Source: an uncultured Phycisphaerae bacterium
Lineage (GTDB): Bacteria > Planctomycetota > Phycisphaerae > Sedimentisphaerales > Anaerobacaceae
NCBI GenBank assembly: GCA_963726475.1
Contig: CAVSCO010000052.1
Location: forward strand, 588-64,587
Reading direction: 5' to 3'
DNA length: 64,000 bases
Position 1 is the stretch's first letter. The number at the start of each line of letters is the position of its first letter. The position numbers and the translations under genes are program-made. Of the stretch, positions 9,420-21,944 are shown one piece after another. The notes under the pieces were generated by a model, which searched no databases, was not told the DNA's origin, and saw only the letters and a list, made by a program, of their open reading frames with translations.

Positions 9420-10493
9420 TCACACGAGTTCGACCTTGTCCCATTTGGTATGTACCGGCTGTGCCTTGACCAACGTGATATCGTTCTCTTTGAACTCGCG
9501 GACGATTTCGAGATTGATGCGTGTTCGGGTCTTCAGGTTAGAAGCCTCTGGCTTGATCCAGTACAACAGCATGATGTCCCGTGAGTACTCGGTAATGGCG
9601 AAGAAACCCGTAACGACCTTCTCCTGTGTATCCGGATCCGACTGGGCAATTCGTTTGAGCAGATCCATCGCCAGAGTGATTTGCTTGTCGTCCATGTCCG
9701 GCGTGAGTCGATAGACTGCAAAGATCTGACGCCCGTTCTCCGTATCGACGTTGACGATATCGGCCTCTGCCACTGCCAGGTTGGGGAGCGTGACGATCCG
9801 CCCCTCGTAGCGAGTTCGAATCCTCGTGCTCCGCAATCCGACGGCGGTCACCACACCGTCGTGGCCGCGTACCTGGATGCGGTCACCGACGCGGAAAGGT
9901 TTGTCGACAAAGATCGCCAGGCTACCGAAGAAGTTCCCAACAGAATGTTGGGCGGCCAAGGCAAAGGCCAGCCCTCCGATGCCCAGGCCCGCCAGCATCG
10001 AGAAGACATTAACGCCGGCCGTGTCCAGAGCCATGATCAAGCCAATGGTCCAGATAGAGGCTTTGATACCTTTACTGACGATCGGGACCAGGTGGTCGTC
10101 CAGATCGCTTTCGGTCTTCTTCGCGAAGGGCAGCAGATACTCTTTGATCAGGGCGTCGAACACGCGTGTGATCGACCAGGCGCCGTCGAGGATCAGCAAG
10201 GCACAGACGACCTTGTCGATATGGTCGCGAATCGCATCACTCATGTCGAGCAAGCTCAGGCCGTACCAGATCCCCATGACGACGACCGCCACGACGAAGG
10301 GCTCCTCCAGCATGTCGACGAGGATATCGTCGAGATGGGTCCGTGTCTTGGCGGCCATCCTCTTGACCGTGCGCCCGATGAGCCAGTAGATGACCCTTCC
10401 GACGACCAGGGATGCAACTACGATCGCAAAGGTGATCAGCCATTGCAGGACCGTATTGCCGTAGTAGGTTTTCGTGAGTATGATTTCCATCAT
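9420..10493 (-). CDS. MscS-family mechanosensitive channel
   Basis: Multiple TMs then AGLGIGGLAFALAAQ...DKPFRVGDRI...GLRSTRIRT...PN. Confidence 0.92.
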   Translation of the reverse strand: MMEIILTKTYYGNTVLQWLITFAIVVASLVVGRVIYWLIGRTVKRMAAKTRTHLDDILVDMLEEPFVVAVVVMGIWYGLSLLDMSDAIRDHIDKVVCALLILDGAWSITRVFDALIKEYLLPFAKKTESDLDDHLVPIVSKGIKASIWTIGLIMALDTAGVNVFSMLAGLGIGGLAFALAAQHSVGNFFGSLAIFVDKPFRVGDRIQVRGHDGVVTAVGLRSTRIRTRYEGRIVTLPNLAVAEADIVNVDTENGRQIFAVYRLTPDMDDKQITLAMDLLKRIAQSDPDTQEKVVTGFFAITEYSRDIMLLYWIKPEASNLKTRTRINLEIVREFKENDITLVKAQPVHTKWDKVELV

Positions 10494-10585
10494 CGCGACA
10501 AACTGCGAGCGAGTGTCACTCCCTGCAAAACACAAGGCTGCGACCGGTTCGGTCTAGACGCCGGCCGACACACCGAACGCGGAGC

Positions 10586-13351
10586 CTACCTGTCCTCCTC
10601 GGCCAATTCACTCAAGGGAATCTCCGAATCCAACAGGGCGTGGATGTCCGGACGACGGAGCATCGTGTCCAACGCCTTCAACTGGCTTTCGATTTCACTG
10701 AGGGTGGCGGCGTAGTAGAGCTCGGTATAGAAGTAGAATCGCGCCGTGTCGGCATCCACCACGTGGATCTGCCCTTTCTTGAGTTCGGGCATGAGCAGCA
10801 CTTTGCCGACGCTGAAATTCCGCAGTCGCATCTGCCTGATTCCGCCATTGAGGACGGCGACGCGCTTGAGCGTCAGCGCCCGCCGCAGGCGAGTGATGTC
10901 CGACTCGTTCTGGATCAGAATGGTGTGCCGTCTGCGTCCGTCGGCCAGAGGCTGATTCAATTCCCACAGTAACTTACTCCAGGTCGCCCGGTCCGGACAA
11001 TCGACCGTGCGAATCTCGGGAATCGGCTCGCTACCGAGACGGCCTTCTTCCATCGATGCACGATCGTACAGGTACGTGATCGCCAGGGCCCTACCGTCGA
11101 AATCCTTCATCCGGTCGCTCTTGCCCTTCATCACGAGATCGCGGAGGAACTTCACGTTGTACCCACCAACCTGCTGCCCCTCGAAGTAAATGATCTTCGA
11201 CGGATCGATCTGCTCATCAACATGCAGGCGCTTGATCACCTCGTAGATCATGCGCGAGACGAGGATCGATTCGCCCGGCACGCTGTCCCGCACAAATGCA
11301 CGGAACGGGGGCCTCTCGCCCAGCCGGAAATCCTTCTCGGCCACCTGCCGGGCCAGGTTCCGGTAGATCACGATGCGCCGGTTCCCCAGCAGGAAGCTCA
11401 GATCGAACACGTCTTCGCTGCGAATCCGATATGAATCGCGGAACAGCTCGTTTCCGAAGCTGTCGAAGTGATCCTCGTCCTTGGGAAGGGCCTGGCGAAT
11501 CTGCCGGTCCTCCGGCAATACATGCGGTGTCAGCACGATGATCACTTCACGTTTCAGCCGGTCCGTCTTCTCCGAACGGAACAACATGCCAACCATGGGG
11601 ATGTCGCCCAAGAGCGGGACCTTGTCCCGGGTCTCAGTCAATTCGCGCGAGACAAGACCGCCGATGATCAGCGGAGTGTTGTTCGGGATTCGCCCGTAGG
11701 TCTGTACCCGACGCGTCGAGATCGTGGGGGCCGAGGCCAATATCGTCCCATCGGGAGCTTTCATCTCCAGGTCTTCGCCAGGAACCCGGGCCGAGACGAT
11801 GGTATCGATGAGCATACTAACGTCCGAACCCGATTCGGTGATGCGAGGTCGAACGTTCAGGAGAATCCCGGTGGGCAGATACTCGAACTGGAAGCTAACC
11901 TTGTTGCCGTAACTGAGCCCCTCCATGCTACTAGCGATCGGAATGTCCTGACCGACGCGAATGGTGGATTGCCGGTTGTTCAACGTCAGCACGCTGGGAC
12001 GGGACAGGATTTCCGCTTTTCCGCTGCGGAGCAGGGCCCGGAGTGTGACCTCCCAATCCCATTGAAACGTCCCCGAAAGAATCTGGTGGATCTGCGATGT
12101 GTTGGTCAGGGTGGCATCAAAGGTCGAAGTGGCCTGGCCGGCCTCGGCCGTCGAACCGCCGGAGACACTCAGGTAGGGATTCTCGTGCAATTGCCAGTCG
12201 ACCCCCAGTTCTTTCAGCCCCTGTTCGCTGATCTCAAGCACCATGGCCTCGATAAAGATCTGGCGAGCCGGACGATCCACGTAGTTGTCCAATACCCGAC
12301 GGACTTCACTGAACTGCTCCGGGTGAGCCGGATGGAACAGCACCAGCAGTTGCGTCATGGGCGAGGCAATCGCGTTATCCGTCAGTTCCGATGCGCCGCC
12401 GGGCGCCATGGAGAGCTTGCCCTTCGAGCTGGTATCCTTCGAACCGACCAGCCCCGTATACTCCTTCTTAGGGTCTTCGATGTTCACAACATAGGGAAGC
12501 TTGGCGAACTCGATCTTGGGCGGCACTTCTTCCGGCTTGCCCATGGTCGTCACGCCGAAGCCCTTGAGCATGCTCAGCGCGGCCTTCGCATCCACATAGC
12601 TTAGTTGGATGATCTTGGCTTCGAGGTCCGTCACGGTCAGGTCCGTGCGCATCTTATCGAGAGAAGCGACGATCTCCTTGATCTTCGGCTCGACCTGAGC
12701 CAGGTCGGGATTCGCAGACAGGGTGCCGTCTTCTGCGACGATCACGCCCATTCCCCAGAACTGGGGTGGCTGGGAAACAAACATCCGATAGCCAAACCGC
12801 AGGACGTAGGTTCCACCGTCTCCCGACCGCGTCAGAATGGTGCCTCCAATAATGCCATCCGGCGGGGTCGGCAGTGCGTCGGCCACGGCACTTGACGCGA
12901 CTGCATAGCTGGACTGCACCCCCAGAGCCAGCGACAAGCGCTCGTTCATCTCGTTGATTTCCATCCGGCTAAGCTTGGGAAGCGCGATGATGCATGTCGA
13001 ATCAGGCGGCAGGGCTTTGGCCGTCGTCATGCTCAGTGCGTCGGCCACGCTCATCTTGGCCGGTGCGGCATTGGGGTCGGCAACGACACCCTGATTGGGG
13101 TCCTCTCCCCCCGAGTCGGCCGGAGCGGTGTTCGAGGCCGGTTCGGGTGTCGGAAGGTCGGCCGCTTCCAACGCCTTGGCGAACTCCTCCAACTGTGCAG
13201 GATCGTTCGCATCCACGATCACCCCGTTCTCCACACGTGGCTCTTCAAGTGATACGGTCCTGTCGGTTTCGACATGCGAAGCACAGCCGGCAAGTAACGA
13301 AAGACACACCAGCCCGGCAACCACCATCGACCGGGCTGCCCTCGCGGTCAT
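10586..13351 (-). CDS. Secretin (GspD/PilQ family) with lipoprotein signal and long C-terminal extension
   Basis: LSLLAGC lipobox; QIFIEAMVLE, AEILSRPSVLTLNN, IRVGQDIP, GILLNVRPRI, IIGGL, KVPLLGDIPMVGMLF, EVIIVLTPHV; start chosen from GAGGAGG RBS. Confidence 0.88.
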   Translation of the reverse strand: MTARAARSMVVAGLVCLSLLAGCASHVETDRTVSLEEPRVENGVIVDANDPAQLEEFAKALEAADLPTPEPASNTAPADSGGEDPNQGVVADPNAAPAKMSVADALSMTTAKALPPDSTCIIALPKLSRMEINEMNERLSLALGVQSSYAVASSAVADALPTPPDGIIGGTILTRSGDGGTYVLRFGYRMFVSQPPQFWGMGVIVAEDGTLSANPDLAQVEPKIKEIVASLDKMRTDLTVTDLEAKIIQLSYVDAKAALSMLKGFGVTTMGKPEEVPPKIEFAKLPYVVNIEDPKKEYTGLVGSKDTSSKGKLSMAPGGASELTDNAIASPMTQLLVLFHPAHPEQFSEVRRVLDNYVDRPARQIFIEAMVLEISEQGLKELGVDWQLHENPYLSVSGGSTAEAGQATSTFDATLTNTSQIHQILSGTFQWDWEVTLRALLRSGKAEILSRPSVLTLNNRQSTIRVGQDIPIASSMEGLSYGNKVSFQFEYLPTGILLNVRPRITESGSDVSMLIDTIVSARVPGEDLEMKAPDGTILASAPTISTRRVQTYGRIPNNTPLIIGGLVSRELTETRDKVPLLGDIPMVGMLFRSEKTDRLKREVIIVLTPHVLPEDRQIRQALPKDEDHFDSFGNELFRDSYRIRSEDVFDLSFLLGNRRIVIYRNLARQVAEKDFRLGERPPFRAFVRDSVPGESILVSRMIYEVIKRLHVDEQIDPSKIIYFEGQQVGGYNVKFLRDLVMKGKSDRMKDFDGRALAITYLYDRASMEEGRLGSEPIPEIRTVDCPDRATWSKLLWELNQPLADGRRRHTILIQNESDITRLRRALTLKRVAVLNGGIRQMRLRNFSVGKVLLMPELKKGQIHVVDADTARFYFYTELYYAATLSEIESQLKALDTMLRRPDIHALLDSEIPLSELAEEDR

Positions 13352-13898
13352 CAACCGGAGAAAACCTCCTCTTGGCATGCAGCGAGGGCCAACCACAGCG
13401 CGATATCCGGCGGTCCCTGGCGAAGGACATGTCTGTACGTGTCTTTGCAGTGTGCTGATGTGCGTCATTCCTCGGCCCTCAATCATGGAGATACAATTGA
13501 TGCACCGTATTCAGTCCGTGGCAATTGAAATCACAGAGGTCCAACCCGGTATCGTCCTCACGAGAGGTTCGAAGGAGGTGGCCACCTACGAACGACGTAG
13601 ACCGATGATGATCACCGGCCGATTCGCGCGTCACCGGTACCATTATATGAGGACCCGTTTTGAAAAGTACAGCAGAATATTCTTGACCATTCTTGTGACT
13701 CAGCGACACTGGTGACAATTTGTCTTGCGCGAAAACAGCTCACGGGTGGGCCGAATTCTGTGCAGTGGCAGCGTCGGCGTGCTTGGACAGTCGGAAACGC
13801 GCATCTCCCGGCAGGATGGCACGCACAAGCGCATCCCACGCATGGTGGCTTCACCCCCATGACGCGAACTCTCAATGTGATACTCGGAGGCAACATCA

Positions 13899-14742
13899 AT
13901 GCACACGCACAGGAGTCTGTTTGCCTGCGTCCTACTTTCATTCGCTCTCGTGTCGGTCGGATGCAGGGAAGCCTGCGATCCTCAGGCGGTTCTCCGCATC
14001 ATCACATTTCCCAACGAGTGGGTAGGAGACATAGACAAGATAGGATTCAATGAGCCGTCAGGAGTCTGTTGGCATGCGCAAAGAGGAACGCTCTTCGTCG
14101 TCGGCGACGAGGGCGACCTCTGTGAGATCACTTCCACAGGCGACCTGGCCAAGCAAGAGCACATTCGGGACGCGGACTTCGAAGGTGTAACATACGATCC
14201 AGCGACGGGTTTGGTGTACCTGGCAGTCGAAGAAGAGGAAGCGGTCCTGGAAATCGACCCGAATACGTTTGCCGTCCTCCGCGAGTTCTCCTTGCCTCGG
14301 GACTTCCGGGGGCAAACTCGGCTGCGAGCCGGTGGCGAAGGAATCGAAGGCATCACATTCGTGCCCGATCCACACCATGCCGAGGGGGGCCTGTTCTACG
14401 TGGCGAATCAGGCCTTCACCCTGACCGACGAGCAGGACATCTCGGCCATTTTCGAGGTGGAATTGCCGCTTCGCAGTCGGACGGGCGAACCCAGAATCAC
14501 CGGGTGCACGAGGCCGGGCATCATCGATCTCTCGGGCCTCAACTACGACCCGACGACAGACCGCATCCTCGTGATTGGCGACGCCACCAACTTGATCATG
14601 GAGTATTCACGCAGACTGGGTCCTCCTGAGCGTCCAGGCCTTCCCGGGTGACAATCAGGAAGGCGTCACGGTCGATCCGGACGGGTTCATCTACATCGCC
14701 CAGGATTCCGGAGGGATCGTGAAGCTCAAGTGGCTTCGCTGA
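13899..14742 (+). CDS. YjiK/SdiA-regulated-like beta-propeller (frameshift near 14620)
   Basis: EPSG, DFEGVT, GIEGIT, DLSGL repeats; last blade NQEGVTVDPDGFIYIAQDSG in another frame ends at 14742. Confidence 0.8.
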
Positions 14743-14759
14743 GCTTGTCCGCCCGGACC

Positions 14760-17000
14760 TCAGGACGCCTTGAAACTCGACTTCAAATTCGGCGCACAGA
14801 ACGCCATGGCAATCAGGGCATCCTCTTGTTCGATGTGACACTCCTCACCGTCGAGAGACCCGCTGTGTTTGCGCGGATTCATGATCACCTGGTCTTCCCG
14901 GCGGATGCCCAGCAGGATCACGGGATTGTTGTCGTCACTGCACTGGTACAACAGCCGGGCGCATTCCGCAAACGTCTTGCCCACAAAGGCATCGGGGTAC
15001 GACTCGGGAGGAATGACGTAGATTTCGTTGCCCTCGAACGAATACGTCAGCAGGTCCTTGTATACCACTGACAACTGCTTGTTCACCGCACAGTGGGCGA
15101 GGATACCGACGCCGATCTCCGTCGTACAGATAGTTTCATCGGCCCCTGCATCGCGCAGGTGCAGGCTGTTGTCGGAATTGACCACCTCGGCGATGATATG
15201 CGGCCTTCTCCGCTTGCACTCGCTGAGCAACGCCAGGATGATCATCGCGGACTTGGCGTCAGGATCGGGGCTCTGGCTGTCCGCCAGCACGATGATCGTA
15301 TCGGCCTGGCTTACCATGGCCTTCTTCAGGGTCCCGTGCCTGATGGGATCGTCGTTGATGCAATAGATGTTATCGAACTCGGGAATCCGCAGCAGCGCCC
15401 TCTCGTCCAAGGTTTTGTTGTCGATGATGACGATGTCTGCATCGGGCTTGCCCTCCGGATGGCGCAGTTCGCTGATGACCCTCTTGCCCCGTTCGTTCCA
15501 GTTGCAGATAACGATATGGTCGTTGAGATTCTTGGGCATCTTGATCTCCTCTCTCTTGAGGAACGCCGCCGCAAACCGGCCGGCCACGGCACCGAAGAAG
15601 AATACGCTGAGGACGAAAATAAGCACGGAAATCGCACGGCCCGCCCATGTGACGGGGTAGCGATCCTCGAACCCGCTGAATAGATAGACCGTGATCGACC
15701 AGAACGACTCGGGAACACTCTCGAACGACCGGTTCTGATACCGCTCGCAGAAGTACATCGCCAGGGTCCCGATCACATAGAGGCCGATGAAGACCAGCGC
15801 CAGACGCACGTGGATATGCCTTTGCGTCATGCGACGGAACAGCGTCCTGTATTTGATGGCATAGCCGAGGACAGCAGCGATCGCCAGGGTCCATAGAATC
15901 GTCGGCAAATAGTCGCGCAGGGTCTTCTTGAGAAGGCCTTGTTCATTGAAATATGCGCGGGCCTGAGGGTGCAGCGGGATGATGGGTCTCATCTTCTGGT
16001 CGAGCACACCGTACAGACCTTCATGCAACGAGATTTGGCATCCGGTGAGATCGGCGCCTTCGACGCCGTGTTCCTTCCGAATGACGTCCCTCTTCTCAAA
16101 GATCACGCGTGTCAGGGTGCGGATGAAATCAGGCGGGACTTTCCCGCCGTGGACCTTCGAATCCTCGAAGCCCCGACGGGCCACGAGGATCGCTCGCACG
16201 CCCACGGTGTGAACCGGCTCGGCCTGTCCCCGGTAGGTGTCGGCCGGTATGAAGGTGTAGACGAAATAGGGAAAGGCCCGGATCAAGCGATTGGCCAGCG
16301 CCTCGTTGATCGGGACAACGGTAATCTGGTCTTGCAGCGAAATGCCGTTGATGGTTTCGGTCAGCAGAGGCGTGGGGATACCCGCGGTGACGAACGCCGC
16401 GTCGAGCGAATTGTCCAACAGCATCTCCCGTGCCTCGGAGAACTTGCATCGGACGTCCGTCAGGTCCGCCGCTTCCCACCCGTCCAGAGCAAAAATGCGC
16501 GTAGCGCTGTTGCTGATGTTCTCGGGTGGAGAGCCCGTGCGAATTCGACGACCCTTCAACTGGTCCAGGTGCTCGATCCCGCTCTTGCGCGTGGCGATGA
16601 TCTGGATCAACTCCGTATACAGCGAAGCGACGGCCAGGGCCTTGCTGGACGGCAGGCTGAACATCAACTCGCCATGGCTGAAATAGTAGACGGTGTCGTT
16701 CTGAGCCAGGGCCAGGTCGACCTGCTCGTGATCGATCAGCCGCAGATTCTCGAGGGTTCCGGTCGTCACAACCACTTCAACGGACACTTGACCCGGGTAG
16801 GCTTCCTCGATCACCTTCTTGATGCCGCAGCCTATGGGATAGTAGACCCCGGTCGTGCTTCCCGTCGCGAGGCGAATCGTCACCGGCTGGGCCGATGCTG
16901 CACCCACCAGCAAACCACACACGACCAGGAAGAAGACCAGAATGCTCCGGCAGGACAACGTCCCCGTAGCCTCCAAGCTCTGCAAGTGATCTATGCTCAT
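14760..17000 (-). CDS. Fusion: TAXI-family solute-binding domain + 2TM/pore-loop ion channel + RCK domain
   Basis: LATGSTTGVYYPIG...GTLENL...LALAQND...LYTE...IPLHPQARAYF (TAXI); ESFWSITVYLFSGFEDRYPVTWAGR (pore); HIVICNWN...DAKS...HIIAEV...GADE (RCK); one uninterrupted ORF. Confidence 0.9.
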   Translation of the reverse strand: MSIDHLQSLEATGTLSCRSILVFFLVVCGLLVGAASAQPVTIRLATGSTTGVYYPIGCGIKKVIEEAYPGQVSVEVVVTTGTLENLRLIDHEQVDLALAQNDTVYYFSHGELMFSLPSSKALAVASLYTELIQIIATRKSGIEHLDQLKGRRIRTGSPPENISNSATRIFALDGWEAADLTDVRCKFSEAREMLLDNSLDAAFVTAGIPTPLLTETINGISLQDQITVVPINEALANRLIRAFPYFVYTFIPADTYRGQAEPVHTVGVRAILVARRGFEDSKVHGGKVPPDFIRTLTRVIFEKRDVIRKEHGVEGADLTGCQISLHEGLYGVLDQKMRPIIPLHPQARAYFNEQGLLKKTLRDYLPTILWTLAIAAVLGYAIKYRTLFRRMTQRHIHVRLALVFIGLYVIGTLAMYFCERYQNRSFESVPESFWSITVYLFSGFEDRYPVTWAGRAISVLIFVLSVFFFGAVAGRFAAAFLKREEIKMPKNLNDHIVICNWNERGKRVISELRHPEGKPDADIVIIDNKTLDERALLRIPEFDNIYCINDDPIRHGTLKKAMVSQADTIIVLADSQSPDPDAKSAMIILALLSECKRRRPHIIAEVVNSDNSLHLRDAGADETICTTEIGVGILAHCAVNKQLSVVYKDLLTYSFEGNEIYVIPPESYPDAFVGKTFAECARLLYQCSDDNNPVILLGIRREDQVIMNPRKHSGSLDGEECHIEQEDALIAMAFCAPNLKSSFKAS

Positions 17001-17190
17001 GAATCCTTGGTGAAAGTCCTCGGCTCCTGCCGGCTTGACTCCGTGCCCAATGGAAGATCGATCGTAGCCGCCGGACAAACGCCCGGCAGACTCACAACCA
17101 TCAGTGTCTCCTCTTGGGACGGGCTTGTCAAGTGCCCTTGAATGCTGTTGCGGTCCGAGGGTGTGTAGCCAGTGGGCTCCCGTCGGAGGA

Positions 17191-18247
17191 TCAGGGGCTG
17201 GAAAGCGGGCCGAAGGCCTTTACCAAGACATCGTACTGAGCCTTGGTCAGGGTGATCATGCACCCGTGGCGGACTTTCGGAGGCAACTGGTATTTGTCCC
17301 AGTCGCTGAAGAAGGTGTACCCCGAGATTTGATACCATGGGCCGTTCAGATCGGCCGCCACGGACAGGCCATAGGACACGCCCGGATACTGCTCGTAGTA
17401 GAGGTACCAGACCTTGCCGTCGGGCGAAGGAATCAGGGTTGGCGCTTCTCGGAAGTTCGGACTGATCGGCGCCGAAGGCTCGCTGTAAGGCCCAGACCAA
17501 GACGGCGCACTGCTGATGCGAATGGTTTTGCCCGTAACCCAGTCCAATGTCGGATAACGCTCATCCTTGACGATCGCGTAGTAGCGATCGCCCTGCTTGC
17601 GGATGATCACATCGATGGTGGCCATGTCCCAAGGAAACAGGCGTTTAGGAGGGTTGGAGAAAGTCTTGAGGTCCTTCGACGTGAGATAAAGGGTCCGCTG
17701 ACTGGCCCAGTATCGTTCCGGGTCTTCCGGCGTGCCATGTTCGTGCGGTGTGTGCCAGGTCAGCACGTATCGGGACGAAGCCTCATCATAGAAGAGTTTT
17801 GGCGCACCGATCCGCTGAAGGGCTTGGGAATAGCCAGGCGTCGCCTTCAGATCGGGGGTCACATCGCTGTAGCGTTCCCAATGCACCAGGTCGTCGGAGA
17901 CCCAGAAGTTGATGTCCGGGGCAGAGTCGTTGCGGTTGCCGACCAGGTAGTATCGCCCATCGTGGCCTTTGCAGATGTCCGGATGGCCCTTGTAGTCCGC
18001 GTAGACGCGCTCGCCATCGTTCAAGGCGTTCCAGTGCAGCCCATCAAGGCTCACAGAGTAGTACAGTCGCCCATAGTCCTCATGCATCATGTGGCGCAAA
18101 CAGATACGCTTCGTGGACGGGCTCAGTCCCAACCGCCTGACCGGGCGGATCTGGTTGGCCCGCGTGGACCACACAGACGAGCCACAGAGTGGCCGCGATG
18201 ATAGTTCGAACGCAAATGTGACTCGTCTGTGTCCCCTGCTCTTTCAT
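17191..18247 (-). CDS. GH43-like five-bladed propeller glycoside hydrolase (frameshift near 18093)
   Basis: Signal peptide from ATG 18247; YSVSLDGLHW, GHPDI, SDDLVHW, APKLFYD, ATIDV, REAP. Confidence 0.78.
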
Positions 18248-18266
18248 CTTACGGTATCCTTCAGAA

Positions 18267-20484
<2,218 letters not shown>

Positions 20485-20643
20485 CAACAAATCCTTTCAT
20501 CGCTCTTATTTCTCAAGGCCCATCCGAACCGCAGGGCTCTGAATTAGGACATGTCCAATCACGCGGGATTTTTGCAGAAAAGCACGAAGTGGGCCTGAAA
20601 CAGCCTTGCGCGGGCAAGGCAACATGGTCTGACCGCATTCATC

Positions 20644-21909
20644 TCAGTCCCTCGCAGGCATCTGCGTGGAGAACGGGATTTCCTTTCGGAGCATCTGGCT
20701 CGCCTGGCCGGTGAGCCATAGGTAGTGGTCCGAAGGCTTGCCATCCATGTCGATGAACTGGGCCACGTCACTGACGGGCGGATGATCCGTACACTTGAAG
20801 ATCGCGGTGCCTTCGTTCACCTCATCGAACATGGCGACGTAGAGCTTGTTGGCGCCGGCGCCGATCGCCGTGGAGATGAGCTGCCAATAGAAGCGGCCGC
20901 CCTGCCGAGGGATCGATCCGACGGGTTTGACGTCATCGGGGAATTCGAACCGACTCAGGTTGTGCCAACTGAAGCCCGGATAGACGCAAGGCACATAATC
21001 CACGCCGTTCTCCTGGCACCATTCGATGTCGGCCTTGATCACGTCACGGTAGCGCCACATCTCGTTGTGAAGCAGCGGGCTGAATCGCTGGACCATCCAA
21101 GGCAAGACCAGATCGGCCTGCTTGATCAGTTCGTGCAGATACGGCTCATTTCGGCAATCAGCGTTCAAATCACGCCAGTACGTGGGCACACCCAGCATGA
21201 CGGAGCATCCGCCATATTCGGGGTCGTTGTGGAAAAAGTCGATCAGCTTGTCCAAAGCGATGTTCTTGATGTCGTAGCCGCGATCGGGGAACCCCACTCC
21301 CCAGATGGCCACCAGCGGTTTGCCTCGATGGTGCAGGTACGTCTTGGTACCTGGATGGTTCGTCACCTTCAGCGTGTCGACCAGGAACTTCCAATCATCG
21401 ATGATGCGCAGGCAATCCTCGCCCGAACTGCGAAGGCCGGACAGATCGTACATCACCGCAATGGCCCGCTCGTTCTCGGAGGCAGCCTGGAACGCGAATC
21501 GCAAGACGTCCACCTGCGGTCCGGTGCGGGCACTCGGCCTGGTGGCACCGAAGAACCGCTGCATGAAGACACCGTCGAGCCCGTACTCCTTCATCCATTT
21601 GAAGTGTAGATCGACGGTGCTCTTGTCGGCTGAATTGAAGAACCGAGCCATACTGCCATCGGCCAGTTTCAGGCCGGTTGGATAGGTCTTCTCGTATTCG
21701 CTGACATCGGGCCACATATCGATCCGAATTTTTGACTCATCGGGATACATCCGTCCATCGCGACCGACCCTGAACCAGCCCTGATAGCCTGCCATCGCCA
21801 AACCGTCGTACGAGGGATACTTTGTGATTGGAGAATGCTTGGTTTCCGCAGAGACCCACGTTCCGGCTGCCAGCACGAGCGTCGTGAGGATGATCCAACT
21901 GCCTTTCAT
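20644..21909 (-). CDS. GH71/99-like secreted glycoside hydrolase (xylosidase-annotated family)
   Basis: GYQGWF, HFKWMKEYGLDGVFMQRF, MYDLSG, PGFSWHNL, AMFDEVNEGTAI. Confidence 0.8.
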   Translation of the reverse strand: MKGSWIILTTLVLAAGTWVSAETKHSPITKYPSYDGLAMAGYQGWFRVGRDGRMYPDESKIRIDMWPDVSEYEKTYPTGLKLADGSMARFFNSADKSTVDLHFKWMKEYGLDGVFMQRFFGATRPSARTGPQVDVLRFAFQAASENERAIAVMYDLSGLRSSGEDCLRIIDDWKFLVDTLKVTNHPGTKTYLHHRGKPLVAIWGVGFPDRGYDIKNIALDKLIDFFHNDPEYGGCSVMLGVPTYWRDLNADCRNEPYLHELIKQADLVLPWMVQRFSPLLHNEMWRYRDVIKADIEWCQENGVDYVPCVYPGFSWHNLSRFEFPDDVKPVGSIPRQGGRFYWQLISTAIGAGANKLYVAMFDEVNEGTAIFKCTDHPPVSDVAQFIDMDGKPSDHYLWLTGQASQMLRKEIPFSTQMPARD

Positions 21910-21944
21910 GATTCTTCCTGTCCTTTCGTTCACGAAAGATGTGG

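Noticed and set aside
14760-17000. GluR0/iGluR ortholog or ordinary TRAP-TAXI receptor
   Set aside because: The binding domain is not split by the pore, the pore is not inverted, RCK is present and no DctQM is adjacent
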